Assembly (NCBI RefSeq): GCF_009914755.1
Contig: NC_060928.1
Strand: one strand, 5' to 3'
Origin: the human T2T-CHM13v2.0 reference genome, Homo sapiens
DNA length: 64,000 nt
A program made the position numbers and the translations under genes. This document shows positions 1-13,197 of the stretch, piece by piece. Positions within the stretch are counted from its first letter, which is position 1; every line of letters starts with the position of its first letter. Below the pieces are notes generated by a model. It was not told where the DNA came from. It did not search any database and saw only the letters and a list, made by a program, of their open reading frames with translations.

Positions 1-105
1 CATAAAGAAAGAATATGGAAAAACTGATTGGAAGTATATCCAACCAGTAATCTTAATATTTTGATTCAGCAATCACAAGACCATACAACCCAGTTTAAGA
101 CTTAT

Positions 106-131
106 CTCAATCTCTAAATTTAGAGATTGAG
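106..131. repeat. Perfect 26-bp palindrome
   Basis: ctcaatctctaaa is followed directly by its reverse complement tttagagattgag. Confidence 0.95.
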
Positions 132-1324
132 GATAGGATTTAAGCAGGAAGTGATCTAAGTGACATTACATTTTATACAATTTATTTTTCTCCTATGTAG
201 TATTTTATCAGGTGACCATCAGTCAAAGAGGGAGTCAAAAGGACCCATGAGGAGAGACTCATTAGTTCTGCATCAAGGCAGAAATAATCTTTATACAGTC
301 ATGTAATCTGTTCCTTCTACACAGAGCATGTGAATTATTGATGACTCTATTCAACATTTTATTTCTTTGTGGCACCCAACTAGGTCTTCCTAGTTACTTG
401 CTTTTGTTGGCATTAAAATAAAACGCATTTCTCCTACTGAGGACATGTAAAAGCAAATGGGAAATTAATATGTTTTCTAAAGTATATAAGCAAGGCCTCA
501 TATGTCAAAAGAGTAAGCATTGGTAAGCCTAGCTGAAAAGATCCTTTACAATAAAACTTCATATAGCATGGAAAATACAGCTCTCATTTTTCTTTCTTCA
601 TGCCCTTCAGGGATTTACTTTTCCTCTTCACCATTTTCTTTTTGAAAATAAAACTTTATTGTTTTCTGTTTGCTTCTTTATGACTTCTCAACTCTTGACC
701 TTGAGGGTAAATTGTAATGTCAGAAAAATCAGCCTTTATGCTTCCCACCTCTCACAGGTTCATATCTGGTTCTTGGGTAGCTTTTCTTCTATATATACAA
801 ACTCTCAGGTTTTCTTGTATCTTATGCCTGCTCATATCTGCTTGGAGAGTATGTAAAAAATGAGGAGGTATTCATTTTTTGTAATAATAATTATAACAAC
901 TTATATCACGATTTCTCATGGGCTAATACCAACCTTATGAGATATAGTAGCAAAATGTTATTATTGTGATTTTAAATGAAAGAAATTGAGCAGAGATCTT
1001 TATTTTTCTCTTTTCTTTCTTTCTTCTTTTCCTTTTGTTATATTTGTCTAGTTTTTAATGCAGTCCTGGCATGAAGATGTTAACCTACCAATTAGAGACT
1101 TGATGAAGACCAGACAACATAGTGTTGATTGCTGGTGGGATAACTGGAAAAGAGTTCTACATTCTGGGCTTAAGAATCCTTCTAAATGCCATTTTATCTA
1201 TTAAAAAAAAATCTGTCCCAAACCTAATTCACTGAAATGCAATGGTTAGAATCACATTTTTAACAGGCTAGATTTTAGTCAGAATGACATATTTAGACTT
1301 TTTTGGTGTTTGAAGTGACCTGTG

Positions 1325-1800
1325 AATCATCTCTTTCAACATGTATTTACTGTGCACATATTACAGGCCAGGCTCTGTGTTAATAACCAGGGATAATGAA
1401 GGCAATTCAATAATGACCCTTTTCAAAAGATGTTACAGTGATGATGGTAATTAAAGACTGACCAGCTCTTGAACTGGATTGTTGAAACAAGGAGAACCTC
1501 ACTTATGGAAGTTGGGAATATGGTGTTTCTGAGGAGAAGGAGGACATGTCAGGCAAAGAGAAGGCTTATGCAAAGTATGTAAAACAGAAAATAGCATGAG
1601 AGTTACAAGCAACTAACTGACTCAAGTAATTCAGTATAGCAAGAGCAAAACTCCATAATAGAAATGACAGAGGAAGTGACCCACATGCACAATGTGCTTG
1701 GTCTGCCAACAGTGATGTGACCAGATTTATGAGATTCATGGTTAATGGACTGAATTAGGTGGTGGAAGAGTGAGAAAAAGAGCATAAGGCTAAAGATAAT
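1325..1800 (-). mobile_element. L2 LINE 3' fragment (degenerate)
   Basis: ttcaacatgtatttactgtgcac...ggccaggctctgtg resembles the reverse complement of the L2 3' end. Confidence 0.55.
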
Positions 1801-2049
1801 AAAACAAAATAAGACGCTGATGAGCTGAAACACGGGCCAGCCAATTTTTATGTCATACTTTCATGGCAGGAAGGTATTGCTTCTTTTCATTTGTCAACTC
1901 AAACCCACCTCCATTGTCCCACTACCAGTCTTTCTTGAAGAAATATTTTATGCAGAGTTGGACAGATCACCTTCTGGGATTCCACAGAATATGTCAATAG
2001 TCAGTATTCAATAGCTTATCCTCCATAACAATTCTAAAGCCTTAGTGGC

Positions 2050-2827
2050 TGTGTTAATTCTTGGGTGGTACATATACACCATGAAATACTATGCAGCCAT
2101 AAAAAGGAATGAGATCATGTCCTTTGCAGGGAGATGGATGAAGCTGGAAGCCATCATTCTCAGCAAACTAACACAGGAACAGAAAACCAAATACCACATG
2201 TTCTCACTCATAAGTGGGAGTTGAACATTGACAACACATGGACACAGAGAGGGAAACAACACACACCAGTGCCTGTTGGGCGGTTGGGGGGTCAGGGGAC
2301 AAAACTTAGAGGACAGGTCGATAGGTGCAGCAAACCACCATGGTACACGTATACCTAGTAACAAACCTGCACGTTCTGCATATGTATCCCCCCGCCCCCT
2401 TATTTATTTATTTTTTTTTAGAAAAAAATAATAAAAAAAGAAGTACCTGAGGCTGTGTAATTCATAAAGAAAAGAGGTTTAATTGGCTTACAGTTCTGCA
2501 GGGTGTACAGGAAGCATCGTGCTGGTGTCTGCTTCTGGTGAGGTCTTACACAGCTTCCAATTGTGTTAGAAGGCAAAGAGGGAGCTGGTGTATTACACAG
2601 CAAAAGTAGGAGCAAGAGAGAAAGAAGGGAGGTGTCACAAACTTTTAAACAAACTGTTATCCCATGAGAACTGAGTGAGCACTCACTCATCACCAAGAGA
2701 TAGTACTAAGCTATTCAGAAGGGATGTGTCCCCATGATCCAATAACCTACCACCAGATCCCACCTCCAACACTGAGGATTACATTTCAACCTGAGATTTG
2801 GAGGGGACAAACATCCAAACCATATCA
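2050..2827 (-). mobile_element. MSTB-like solo LTR (ERVL-MaLR), interrupted by L1
   Basis: TG...CA ends; aaagaaaagaggtttaattggc...ggaggggacaaacatccaaaccatatca; 5-bp TSD gtggc at 2045-2049 and 2828-2832. Confidence 0.9.
2065..2439 (+). mobile_element. 5'-truncated L1PA (about L1PA10-12) 3' end
   Basis: ORF2 C-terminus and 3'UTR (atggatgaagctggaagccatcattctcagcaaact; ggtgcagcaaaccaccatgg) plus A-rich tail. Confidence 0.92.
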
Positions 2828-3129
2828 GTGGCTTTCAACAACAACTAGTTGTTCTCATATAACAAGTTGACTTATTATTCCTGAATCTCAGATTCAAGCA
2901 GGCAATTAGTTTGGAGTTTGCCTCGTATATCTTTATTCTTGGATCCAGGATTAAGGTACAGCCCTGATCTGGAAAAGGAACATTCTCATGAAAGAGGGAA
3001 GAGTGAGAGAAGTCAAGCTTCTGCTCAGATGTAGCCCATGTCATTTTGCATTGGCTGTGACAATTGGCAAACCTAACGATGAGGAGGGGATGTATAATCA
3101 TCTATTGTGAAGGTGAGAGTACCACATTT

Positions 3130-3447
<318 letters not shown>

Positions 3448-4499
3448 TAATAGCTACCATTTGCTGAACCTTTATATACTGGGTGTCACTCTGGAGTATG
3501 ATTTGCTTACTTTGTACTTAATAATCACCAGAAATTTTGAGAAAGTGACTATTTAATGCTGTTCTACAAATAGAAAAACTAAGAGCCCAGAAAAGCTCAA
3601 GACCATGGAGCTGTAATTAGAAATTTTACTTATTCATTGGCTCACTCATTAATTCACCTGTTATGTGTTATACACTCTTGTAGAAATACTACAGTGAAAA
3701 AAAACAGACAGGGTCCTTGTTCTCATAAAGACTTTACATTAGTGGAAGAAAGGAGCCCATAAACTAATAAACATAGAAAAATATTAGTTTGTTATAACTA
3801 CTCTGGAGACAGTTAGAATAAGGTAATATTCTAGGCATCGGCCATAAGAAATAAAGTTCAGGGATCACAGTGACTCCACATCATTTTCAATATGATGCTG
3901 CCATATTTACCTTGTGATCTATCTTACATTACTTTTCAGAACTTTTGTTTTTATTATAATTAACATTTTCTATTTTCACATTTTGCCTCCCCAACTGAAT
4001 TGTCATCAAAACACAGAAAGATGCTATTTAATTAGATATTTGTAATGAGATGTTTTGTTTATTACATTCCATTGATTAATATAATATGTGGTATAATTAA
4101 TAAGGTAATTTCCTAGATAATCCTTAAACAAATACATCATCCAATACATAATTAAAATATTCAGGAAAAGCAACACACTTTTAACTTGTTTTTGTTAGCT
4201 GACAGCAGTTAATGTATTAGTGATGATGGAGCAAAATATTCTCTTATGGCTTAGTACGTGCCTTTCCATGTCTAGTGTTCTGATCTTGCTTCTTTGATGA
4301 GAGAACATCTTTGAAGATGAGCAGATATAGTCGTGTTCTTAATTAATTTTATAATTTACAAATTTGTAAAAACAGAAGGATATGAAAAGGACTATTTATC
4401 ATTTATGCATTAAGAGTGTATTACAAATGTAAAGGAGGAATATCTCCTCCTTTTTCAATTTTCTAGTTATCTCTTGGAAAAGGGAAAAGACTATGCTAA

Positions 4500-4740
4500 C
4501 TGCAGTGTGATGTAGTAGAAAAAGATTTAGTTTTTGAATTAGAAGACTTAGTTATGACCATGAATTTCATTTCTGATTTTGCCTATCTACATGACAGAGG
4601 GTGAATTACTTAATCTCTCTGAGTCTTTGTGTCTCTGTCTATAAAATAGCACTAATAATGACCAGATAGTCATAGCTTACAGGGCTACTGAGTTAAGAGG
4701 ATTTAAAATAGAGTCATGTGTTTAAAGGCTCATTAGATAA
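4500..4740 (+). mobile_element. MIR
   Basis: Core ttacttaatctctctgagtctttgtgtctctgtctataaaat. Confidence 0.65.
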
Positions 4741-4749
4741 TTTTAGTAA

Positions 4750-4798
4750 TAGCAGCAGCAGGAGTAACAGCAGCAGTAACAACAGTAGTAACAGCAGT
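4750..4798. repeat. Degenerate (AGC/AAC/AGT)n trinucleotide tract
   Basis: agcagcagcaggagtaacagcagcagtaacaacagtagtaacagcag. Confidence 0.8.
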
Positions 4799-5229
4799 CA
4801 TCCAACTTAATATAATAACGGTGTAACTACTGTAAGGCTCCAAGCAATGTGCCTGTCCGCAGAATGACAGAAAATACACAGTGCTATCTTCACCACAGTA
4901 CAGTGATCCCTTTCAGAGTAGATGAGTATGGATGCTGGATATGATCCTTCTGGGGACCACATGTTACATAGCAATCACATGGAAGAAGACTCCTTTTTAA
5001 AAAACAAACATGACTACCCTCTTGCTCACAAGCTAAGTAAAACTTGTCCCCCAGAGAATGTGCCCACTGCCTGGGTTAAGAATCACTGTCGGAGTTAATA
5101 TACTGCTACTGATGGAGAAGGTCGTATCTTTAACTGAAAGGCACTATTCTAGATGTTGCTTAAAGGGTTTGTGTTGTAGAAGGAAGTAATGAGCTTTATG
5201 TGGGATGTATGATCGCCACAGCACTTTCG

Positions 5230-5312
5230 TTTATTTATTTGTTCATTGGTTATCTAAAATTCAAATTTATGTGGGTATCCTCTACTTTTCTTTACTAAAT
5301 CTGGCTACTCTA
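5230..5312. mobile_element. MER53-like hAT fragment
   Basis: ttatctaaaattcaaatttatgtgggtatcc...actaaatctggctactcta terminal motif. Confidence 0.6.
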
Positions 5313-7555
5313 GAAGCAAGGGAAGAGAGATAAATATTGTGATACCAGACTTATAGTAGTCTTCACTTCTTTTAGGTCCTTGTAATGTAGCTAAAACCTA
5401 TTACCAAGCACACCTGAAAGGAACTTTATCCATCATTACAGAGAATCATGTATGTGACAAGTTCCTGCCTCCCATTGCAATGCTACGCAATCCCCTCTCG
5501 TGTTAATCCTACTACTCTCACCATATCACACCTTACCCAATTGTGAGGAGCAGGGACATTTACAAAATAACAGGAGGAGAAGACTTCCAAATGGATTTGT
5601 CGTCCATTTAGAAATGTATATTCAGCTATTCTCTCAGAACATACTCAGCAAATTTCGTTACTACTACCTTATTTTGATCCTAATTTTATTCCTACTGCCT
5701 GCTTTGCAACTGCAAATACATGTGAAATGAATGAGTGGGTGAATAAATGATGGATTCAACAAGATGCCTCAAGCATATCAACTAAGGAAATGGAGTAAAG
5801 AGAACATTTTAAAGCAAAGGTAACACAGATTATAACTAGGTAGCTCTGTTCAGGAGCAATGCCACTCACCTGTTAATTAAGTCACTTAAGATTCCTGTGG
5901 CCAAAAACAAGTACACTTTTCTTTGGAGAGTTTACTCATTTGAAATAGATTCCACATCTACAAATGAATTTAATAATTAATATAATATGTTACATGAAAC
6001 ATAATCTTAGTCTTGAATTTCAAACCATTTGGGTAACACTAACACAAGGATTTATTTATAAAAATATCCCTTTCTCCTAAAAGTCAAACCTATTTCCCCA
6101 TGTTTCACCACATTGTGAAAGAAGGGAAATCATTTAGCACTTGTCAAGAGCTTGCTATGCCCCACACACCAGATTAAACCATCCTGGTACAACAGTGGTT
6201 AAAAAGTCTACATTAGTCGTGCATACATGAATCCTCCATAGCTGTGACCACTCTCACCCATAAAAAAGTTAATAACCCAAGTGTCCAGGTTGTTACCTAG
6301 CTCATCCTTTTCCATTCTTAGCTTTTAGAATTTCCTCGCACTATGAAAATCCAGTATACCTGGGAGCAATATATGGCGCAGACGTTACATTATAAAAAAT
6401 CCACTACTGCTTGATTGGTCTAGATGCCACACTAACAAACTTTATTCTCTACTCTTGTTTCTACAACTAAACTTTTTATAAATGTACGAAGTTTGTCATT
6501 ACCATTATTTCTTCCTAAACTACCTCTATGCTTAAATTTATTGTTCCATAAATCTAAAGGTTGTAGTCTTGTCCTGATTCATGAATTGTCTCTATGAATG
6601 ATTGCCATCATTACTAGCAGAATTTATCAACAAATTGTCCTGTGATTCACAACATGATATATTATAATATATTAGGCAGACGTATTGTCATCAAATACCA
6701 AATTTATCTTGAAAAATGATAGCAGTACAACATAATGGTAATTATCTGGCTCCATAGATAAAAAATAAAGAATGCTTAGTAAAGTACTTGTAAAACCTGC
6801 CTCTACATAAAATAGAAGAACATGTGCAAATCATACCTGAAAGAATTTGGAGTTCAAATTCTTAAAACAACTACATTTAAGTGATGCTTTTGTAAAAAAT
6901 TTAAAAAAAAAACTTAAAAAATACTTTAAAACAAAGAGATCACAGATTGTCACTAGGTAGTTTTGTTCAGTAGCAATACAACTCATCAAAGTAACTGGCA
7001 TATACTTTATACGTATCCAGAAGCATAGAACAAATAAGAACTATACTTTTCATATATATTTGAGTTGAAAAACTGATACAGCTCTGTGCACAATTGTGAA
7101 GCAGGCAGTGATATATTGTACTCACTATGAGAATGTCAATGGCTTTCATTGACATTCTATCATCACCCTACTGAAAATAAGTTTACACTTTCTAGCAGTG
7201 CTGCTTGAGTATTATTAAAGGTGGGAGTCAGGTCATTTGAAGAAACAACAAAAAATGTTTTCCAATTCAAATGTAAAAAAAAAAAAGTTTCCCATTCAAA
7301 TGTATGACTTACTCTAAGAATCCATTTGTTAGCAGCCAACTCACATTTTTTCAGACATTTTAGAATTTGATTATTCCAAACCATAACCCATGAGCATGGA
7401 CTGTGTTTTTTTATTATTATTATTCTCTTTAGCTGTTGTTACAAAGCACTACACAGAGTAGGCATTTAATTATTTATTGAACTGAGAACACTGAGGCTAT
7501 TTTATAAGTTTAATCACAGGTTGTGAAAGAACTAGTGAATCTCAATCATGTCTTA

Positions 7556-7980
7556 TTATATTACTTTGCTAGAGCTGCTATAAAAAAGTACCACAAACTG
7601 CATGGCTTAAACCACAGAAATTTACTGCTCACAGTTCTGGATGTTAGAAGTCTAATATCAAGGTATCAGCAGGGTTAGTTCTTTCTGAGGGGTATGAATA
7701 CAAGTTTTATTTCAAGCCTCTCTCCTTTAGTTTTGGATAGCCATCATCTCCCTATGTCTCTTCATGTCATCTCCACATGCATGTGTGTCTCTGTGACCAC
7801 ATTTCCCCGTTTGTATGTGGACATCAGCCACGCTGGATTAGGCTCCACTCTAATGACCTCATCTTAACTTAATTACCTCTGTGAGGACCCTATCTCCAAA
7901 CAAAGCCACATTGTGAGCTACTGGGGGTTAGGATTTCAACATATGAATTTGGTAGCAGGGACACAATTCAACTCATATCA
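7556..7980 (-). mobile_element. MLT1B/C LTR
   Basis: gctgctataaaaaagtaccacaaactg...cacagttctgg...ggacacaattcaactcatatca. Confidence 0.85.
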
Positions 7981-9090
7981 GTCTGATCTGTGACTCCCCT
8001 AAAAGTCATGTCCTTCTTATATGCAAAATATATTCACTTGTAAGGTCAAACATCTTAACACATTCCAGCATCATCTCTAAGTCTAAAGTCTCCTCCAAAC
8101 ATTATCTAACTCAGTTATGGGTAAGACACAAGGTAGGGTTCATCCTGGGGCAAAATTTCTCTTCATCTCTGAGCCTGTGACACCAGACAAGTTATTGTGC
8201 TTTCAAAATACAATGGTAGGACAGGCATAGGAGAGACATTCACATTCCAAAAGGATGAAATCATATAGTAAAAAGAGGTTGCAGTTCCCAAGCAAATCTG
8301 AAAATTTTCAGGGCAAATTCCATTAGATATTAAGGCTTAAAAAAACACCCTTTTTGGCTTGATGCTCTGCCTCTAGGCCCAGCCTGAACAACAGGTGGCA
8401 GCCTGAACAACAGCTCGGAAGGTGGGACTCTTTGTAGAACCTAAGAGATGGTTCTGTTCTTCCGTAGCCAGGAGGAGATGCTCTGTCCCTTGGGACTATG
8501 CCCTCTGGGTTTATGGTGACAGTAAGAGTCCTCCTTGTCTCTGTATCTGTGGCACTGTTCACAAAGTCCTGTGTTCTTCATTCCATCCTATTTCTACCCT
8601 TTTCAATCCAGGTTGACAGTAATTTTGCTCATATACAGTTCTCAAAATCCTTGTTCCTGACATGGATGTCAAGAAAGAATTCATGGAAGTCAAGGCCATC
8701 AGAGAGAGAGTCCTTAACAGATCTCTCATAGATAAATGCATCTCCATTTCTGCCTTCTGCTGAGATAGTTTATTGGAACCATGAATCACATGTCTAGTCT
8801 GTCTAGTGAACAACTGTTCATCCACACACTTGGTCCTGTTTCCAGAACACACTATCTCAGTAGGCTGAGAGTCTTCCCAGTCATCAAGTTATGTTCTTTG
8901 CTTAACAGTTTCTTCTTTGGTTCACCTCCTTCCTCTTGATTTTACTGTAATCAGCAAGGAGAACCAGGCTGTGCCTTCAACCCTGCTTAGATATTGCCTC
9001 AGTTAAATATTCAAGTTCATCATTATTTAAAAGTTCTGCTTTCCACAAAACACTAGAAAACAACTGGGCCAAGTTCTCTGCCAGTGTTCT
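7981..9090 (-). mobile_element. MLT1 internal (MaLR-int) sequence
   Basis: Directly follows the LTR; catgtccttcttatatgcaaaata and aaaatacaatggtaggacaggcatagg are MaLR-int motifs. Confidence 0.8.
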
Positions 9091-9634
9091 TTTTAATGAA
9101 GACTTTCAAATTTATATTTACTGTATTTCAGTGTTATATTTTTCTTTGAGGCTCTCTGAGGTCAATGGACTCCTCTCCTATAACACTCTAAAGGAAACAA
9201 GTCATAAAAGACTTCTAGATGGCTTCAGGTTCTGAGAAGAGGAAGGCAATTTTCAAATATCCATACGGATCTCTGTGGAGGTGAAAGGGAGAATGTCCTA
9301 TTGCCTGGTCTGCCAGCCAGACTGTCTAAAGGCACGAGGAAATCAACAAGGATGATGTTCAGCTCAGCTCAGTTCAGCTGTCTTTAAATCAGGGTGGCCC
9401 AGAGATATACTCACTGATTTTCCCAGAATAGCCCCTACTTTGACCATAGAGTAGACAGTCAAAACAATTAGAATGAGGTTTTTTTTTTTTCATAATCCAC
9501 AGTGGATGTGCATTTCTTTGGAGAGCTGTGTGAGCGGAGATGTGCATTTCTTTTGAGAGCAGCTGTGAATGACCTGGCTTTCTTGGAATTCTCCAGTTCT
9601 CTTGTGGAGCAGGTCTCCTAGTGAGATACCTATA

Positions 9635-10004
9635 TGGTGTGGTTTGGCTGTGTCCACACCCAAATCTCATCTTGAATTTTAGTTCCTGTAATCCCCACGT
9701 GTTGAGGAAAGGACCCAGTGAGAGGTAATCGAATCATGGGGGCAGTTACCCTCATGCTGTTCTCATGATAGTGATTGAGTTCTTACAAGATATGATAGTT
9801 TTATAAGGGGCTTTTCACTCTCTTCACTCGGCACTTCTGTCTCCTGCCCCCATGTGAAGAAGGATGTCTGCTTCCCCTTCCACCATGATTGTAAGTTTCC
9901 TGAGGCCACCCCAGCCATGCAGACCTGTGAGTCAATGAAACCGCTTTCCTTTATAAATTACCCAGTCCTTTATAAATTACCCAGCATGAGAATGGACTAA
10001 TATA
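9635..10004 (+). mobile_element. THE1D-like solo LTR
   Basis: tggtttggctgtgtcc...caaatctcatcttgaa...gaatggactaatata. Confidence 0.93.
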
Positions 10005-10058
10005 CCGTAACAAACAGACTTCTCAGTGTATCCTTTTAATTTTTCCTCAGTGGAGAAC

Positions 10059-10442
10059 TGTATTAGTCAGTTGAGGCTGCCATAACAAAATACTCCCTGA
10101 TTGGGTGGCTTGGACAACAGAAATTTATTTTTTCACAGTTCTGGATCCTGGAAGTTCAAACTCAGGTTTTCAGCATTGTCAAATTTAAAGGATTTTACCT
10201 TGAGCGGCAGAAGCCACCATCTCACTGCGTGTTCACATGATCTCTTCTTTGTGCTTTTATGGAGAGAGCCAGCAAGCTCTTAGGTGTATTTTTTCATGAG
10301 GGTAGCAGTCCCATCATGAAGACCCACCCTCATGAGCTCACCTAACCCTGGTTACTTTCCAAAAGCCTCATCTCCAAATATCACGCTGGAGGTAAAGACT
10401 TCAACATATAAATTTGGGGGAAACAAAATTCAGCCAACGGCA
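10059..10442 (-). mobile_element. MLT1A-like LTR
   Basis: tgtattagtc...ggctgccataacaaaatac...tgggtggctt...acaacagaaatttattt. Confidence 0.85.
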
Positions 10443-11799
10443 AGTGCCAGTGTCCCTTGATTATTTGAAATCACTGTTTTATTAGCAGTGACGTTCTTGA
10501 GGATACCTGAGAACTGATTAGCACACCTGGTCTTTATCCCTGCCATCAAATGATTAGATGACATCTGTATCTGCATTAATCAGACACGAAATGGTTAAGC
10601 ATTATTTTCTCTAGCAGTTGGTTTAAATATGAATTTGGTGTATTAAAAGAGTTTGCAGGTGGTCTTCAGCACAAATAATATACATTTTTGTGTATCAATA
10701 ACTTGGTTTTCTAGCATATTAGGAAAACAGAGCACTGGAATAAATACTAAGCTAGGAGACAGAGAAGTTGAGGGTATAGGTGGTGATGCCTATAAGCTAA
10801 GTGTGTCTCTCTTGCCTGCCATCAGAGTGTAATATTGCAACATATTTTCTAAGCCCTAAGCCTTCCAATGCATTCTACGGGCCAAGGGAGAAAAATCTGT
10901 TTGGAAAATAAGTTATAACATATGGTAATGCTTATGCTAATTGCATTAATCTTGAAATAAACATACTATATGTTACACTTGGCTATAAATATATAAACTA
11001 TGAATTATTATCAATATGGAAAATAGAATTAAAATATATGAGACTCACTACTTTTTTCATAACTGTTATCACTGCATAGTTTCTCTTCCAAATATTTTTC
11101 CTTGTTTTTTTTATATTTTTACTCTGTATTTGGGTATGAGATAGCAGAAATTTATATTTAAAAGGAATTAATTGATCTGGAGTTCTATATAGTTTCTTTT
11201 TTGCTCTTTCTCATATTTTCTATAAATGAACTAAATGTTAGTTATTAGCGTATAAAATATTTTCTTCTTGAATAGGCTCTATGTGGTGGGAATCTGTCTT
11301 GAAGTTATTACTTTGTAAAATAGTAGATGAAACTGCAAGTATTTTACCCCTCTGCTCTCATTCAGTGCATGTTTCCTAACAAGACAATATATGGCAAGTA
11401 TTTTAAGAGCTAATGGTAATGTGAGATGTGTAAAGACCTTGGCTTCAGCATTTATCGTATATGTACAATGTAAAGAGTCTATAGGAGACAACATCAATCC
11501 CAAATGCCTTGGTCTGGAATGGAATAAGGAAATAACTTTATCCAATCCACTACATGGTCAGAATAAGGTGTAAGGTATAAATCCTCCTTGGAGAGGTAAT
11601 ATAGTGCCTTATCAATTAACATAGCTTTTACAAAGGCCTTATACCTGCTGGTTCTTCTGCCTTGAGTGCTCTGTCCTAATGTCTGGCTTCTTTTGGTCAT
11701 TCGGACTCAGCTCAAATGCCACTCCTTGAGAGAGCTCTTGTCTATGCATTTCTAGAAGCCAGTGATATTTGCTGTAGCATTCTTAAGTAACCACAAAGA

Positions 11800-12190
11800 A
11801 AAAAAGGAGAAGGAAATAGAAAAAAACTCTAAAACATTTAACAAGGGGTTTATTTAAAAAATTATGACACAGCCATATGATAGTATATTATGCAATTAAT
11901 TATAAATGTGATATTCTAGGAAAATATTTCATAACCTGCATAAACAAACATGACAAAAGATAATAAACAGAATATACATGTACAGTAGAATATGCATATC
12001 CAGTAGACTCTCGAGAAAAACACAATGTAATGTTATATCTATCTATATAGATATAGACATATTTATAAGCAAAAAGAAAGCATTGAAAGGACACATCAAA
12101 ACAGCCATTGTTTTTACAGTTCTCCATATTTTCTGAATCATCAATATGTATATGTAATACATTCTTGATTGGAAAAACAATAAAGGACAT
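11800..12190 (+). mobile_element. Old L1M (L1ME-like) 3' fragment
   Basis: aattatgacacagccatatgatagtatattatgca is an ORF2-end/3'UTR-like motif. Confidence 0.5.
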
Positions 12191-12987
12191 GAGAAAAATA
12201 TCAGTATTAGGGCTTTCTGGCTGCTAAAGTATCATGTACTTCAGCTCTGACAATACTTTTTTTTTTTTTAAATCATTGCTTTTCAGTTAGCCGTTCTGTT
12301 GTCACAGAGATGCCCTTCAGTTGCTGTGGCAACAAATGAATAATAATCCACACTTGTGTAACACTTCACAGCTCACACATTCCTTTCTCATGCAGCACCT
12401 CATTTATGATCAACAAAAAGTCAGGAAAGGTTCTGAGGGAAGCAGATCTAGTATCCTCCTCAGTTAACAGATGAGATATTAGAAACCCAAGAGGTTGACA
12501 AAGTTACCTACGGTTACACTGTTAATAACTTAAAGAGTCAGTGGAAAAATCTAAGCTCTCCAGAATTCATAATGCATTTTGAAATAGGTTTCATTTATTT
12601 GTCTATGTATCCGTCTATTTATTTATATATTCATATAATTCAAATAATATCTTTTATACAGCCAAGGACATAACAAAGTAAATTTGGTCAAGTTTCATCA
12701 GAGGTGAAGGACAAGGTCCTATGGCCACTGTCCCATCCTCGAGTGCTCATAATTATTACTCCTCTCACAGAGGCACAGAAAGTGGTAGCTTCAACAGTTT
12801 CACACTCCAACAGTGCTCTTCTAAACTGATTCTAAATGTGTGTCTGTGTATCTGTGCATGTGTGTGTATGTGTGTCTTTATGCTCTCAATGCCTGAGAAA
12901 TGTGAAGCCCCACTGAGAGCTAGAACAATTGTCTCACATATATATGATCCACAGAAATAAGACCACTGGACATGTGGAACAATCCAG

Positions 12988-13197
12988 AGTATTACTATCC
13001 AATATAGAAACCACTATCCACATGCCTCTGTTTAACTCTAAGTTAATTTAAAATAAACGCAATTAAAAACTCACTTTCTCTGTTAAACTAGGCATATATT
13101 GAGTACTCAATAGCAACAATATATTAGTGGATATCATACTGAATATTTCACATGAAGAATATTTTATCACTGCAGAAAGTTCTAGTGAGCAATGCTA
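12988..13197. mobile_element. MER3/MER33-like hAT-Charlie MITE
   Basis: tccaatatagaaaccactatccacatg...atcactgcagaaagttctagtgagcaatgcta. Confidence 0.7.

Larger units (their letters stand above)
2000..3110 (-). mobile_element. Old MLT1-type (J/K-like) MaLR LTR interrupted by MSTB
   Basis: ccataacaattctaaagccttagtggc...tttcaacaacaac continues across the MST insert; cattttgcattggc...ggcaaacctaac further on. Confidence 0.55.

Noticed and set aside
4431-4453. Short 8-9 bp hairpins (also 26270-26288) as terminators
   Set aside because: They are expected by chance at this length, and intrinsic terminators do not apply to mammalian DNA.
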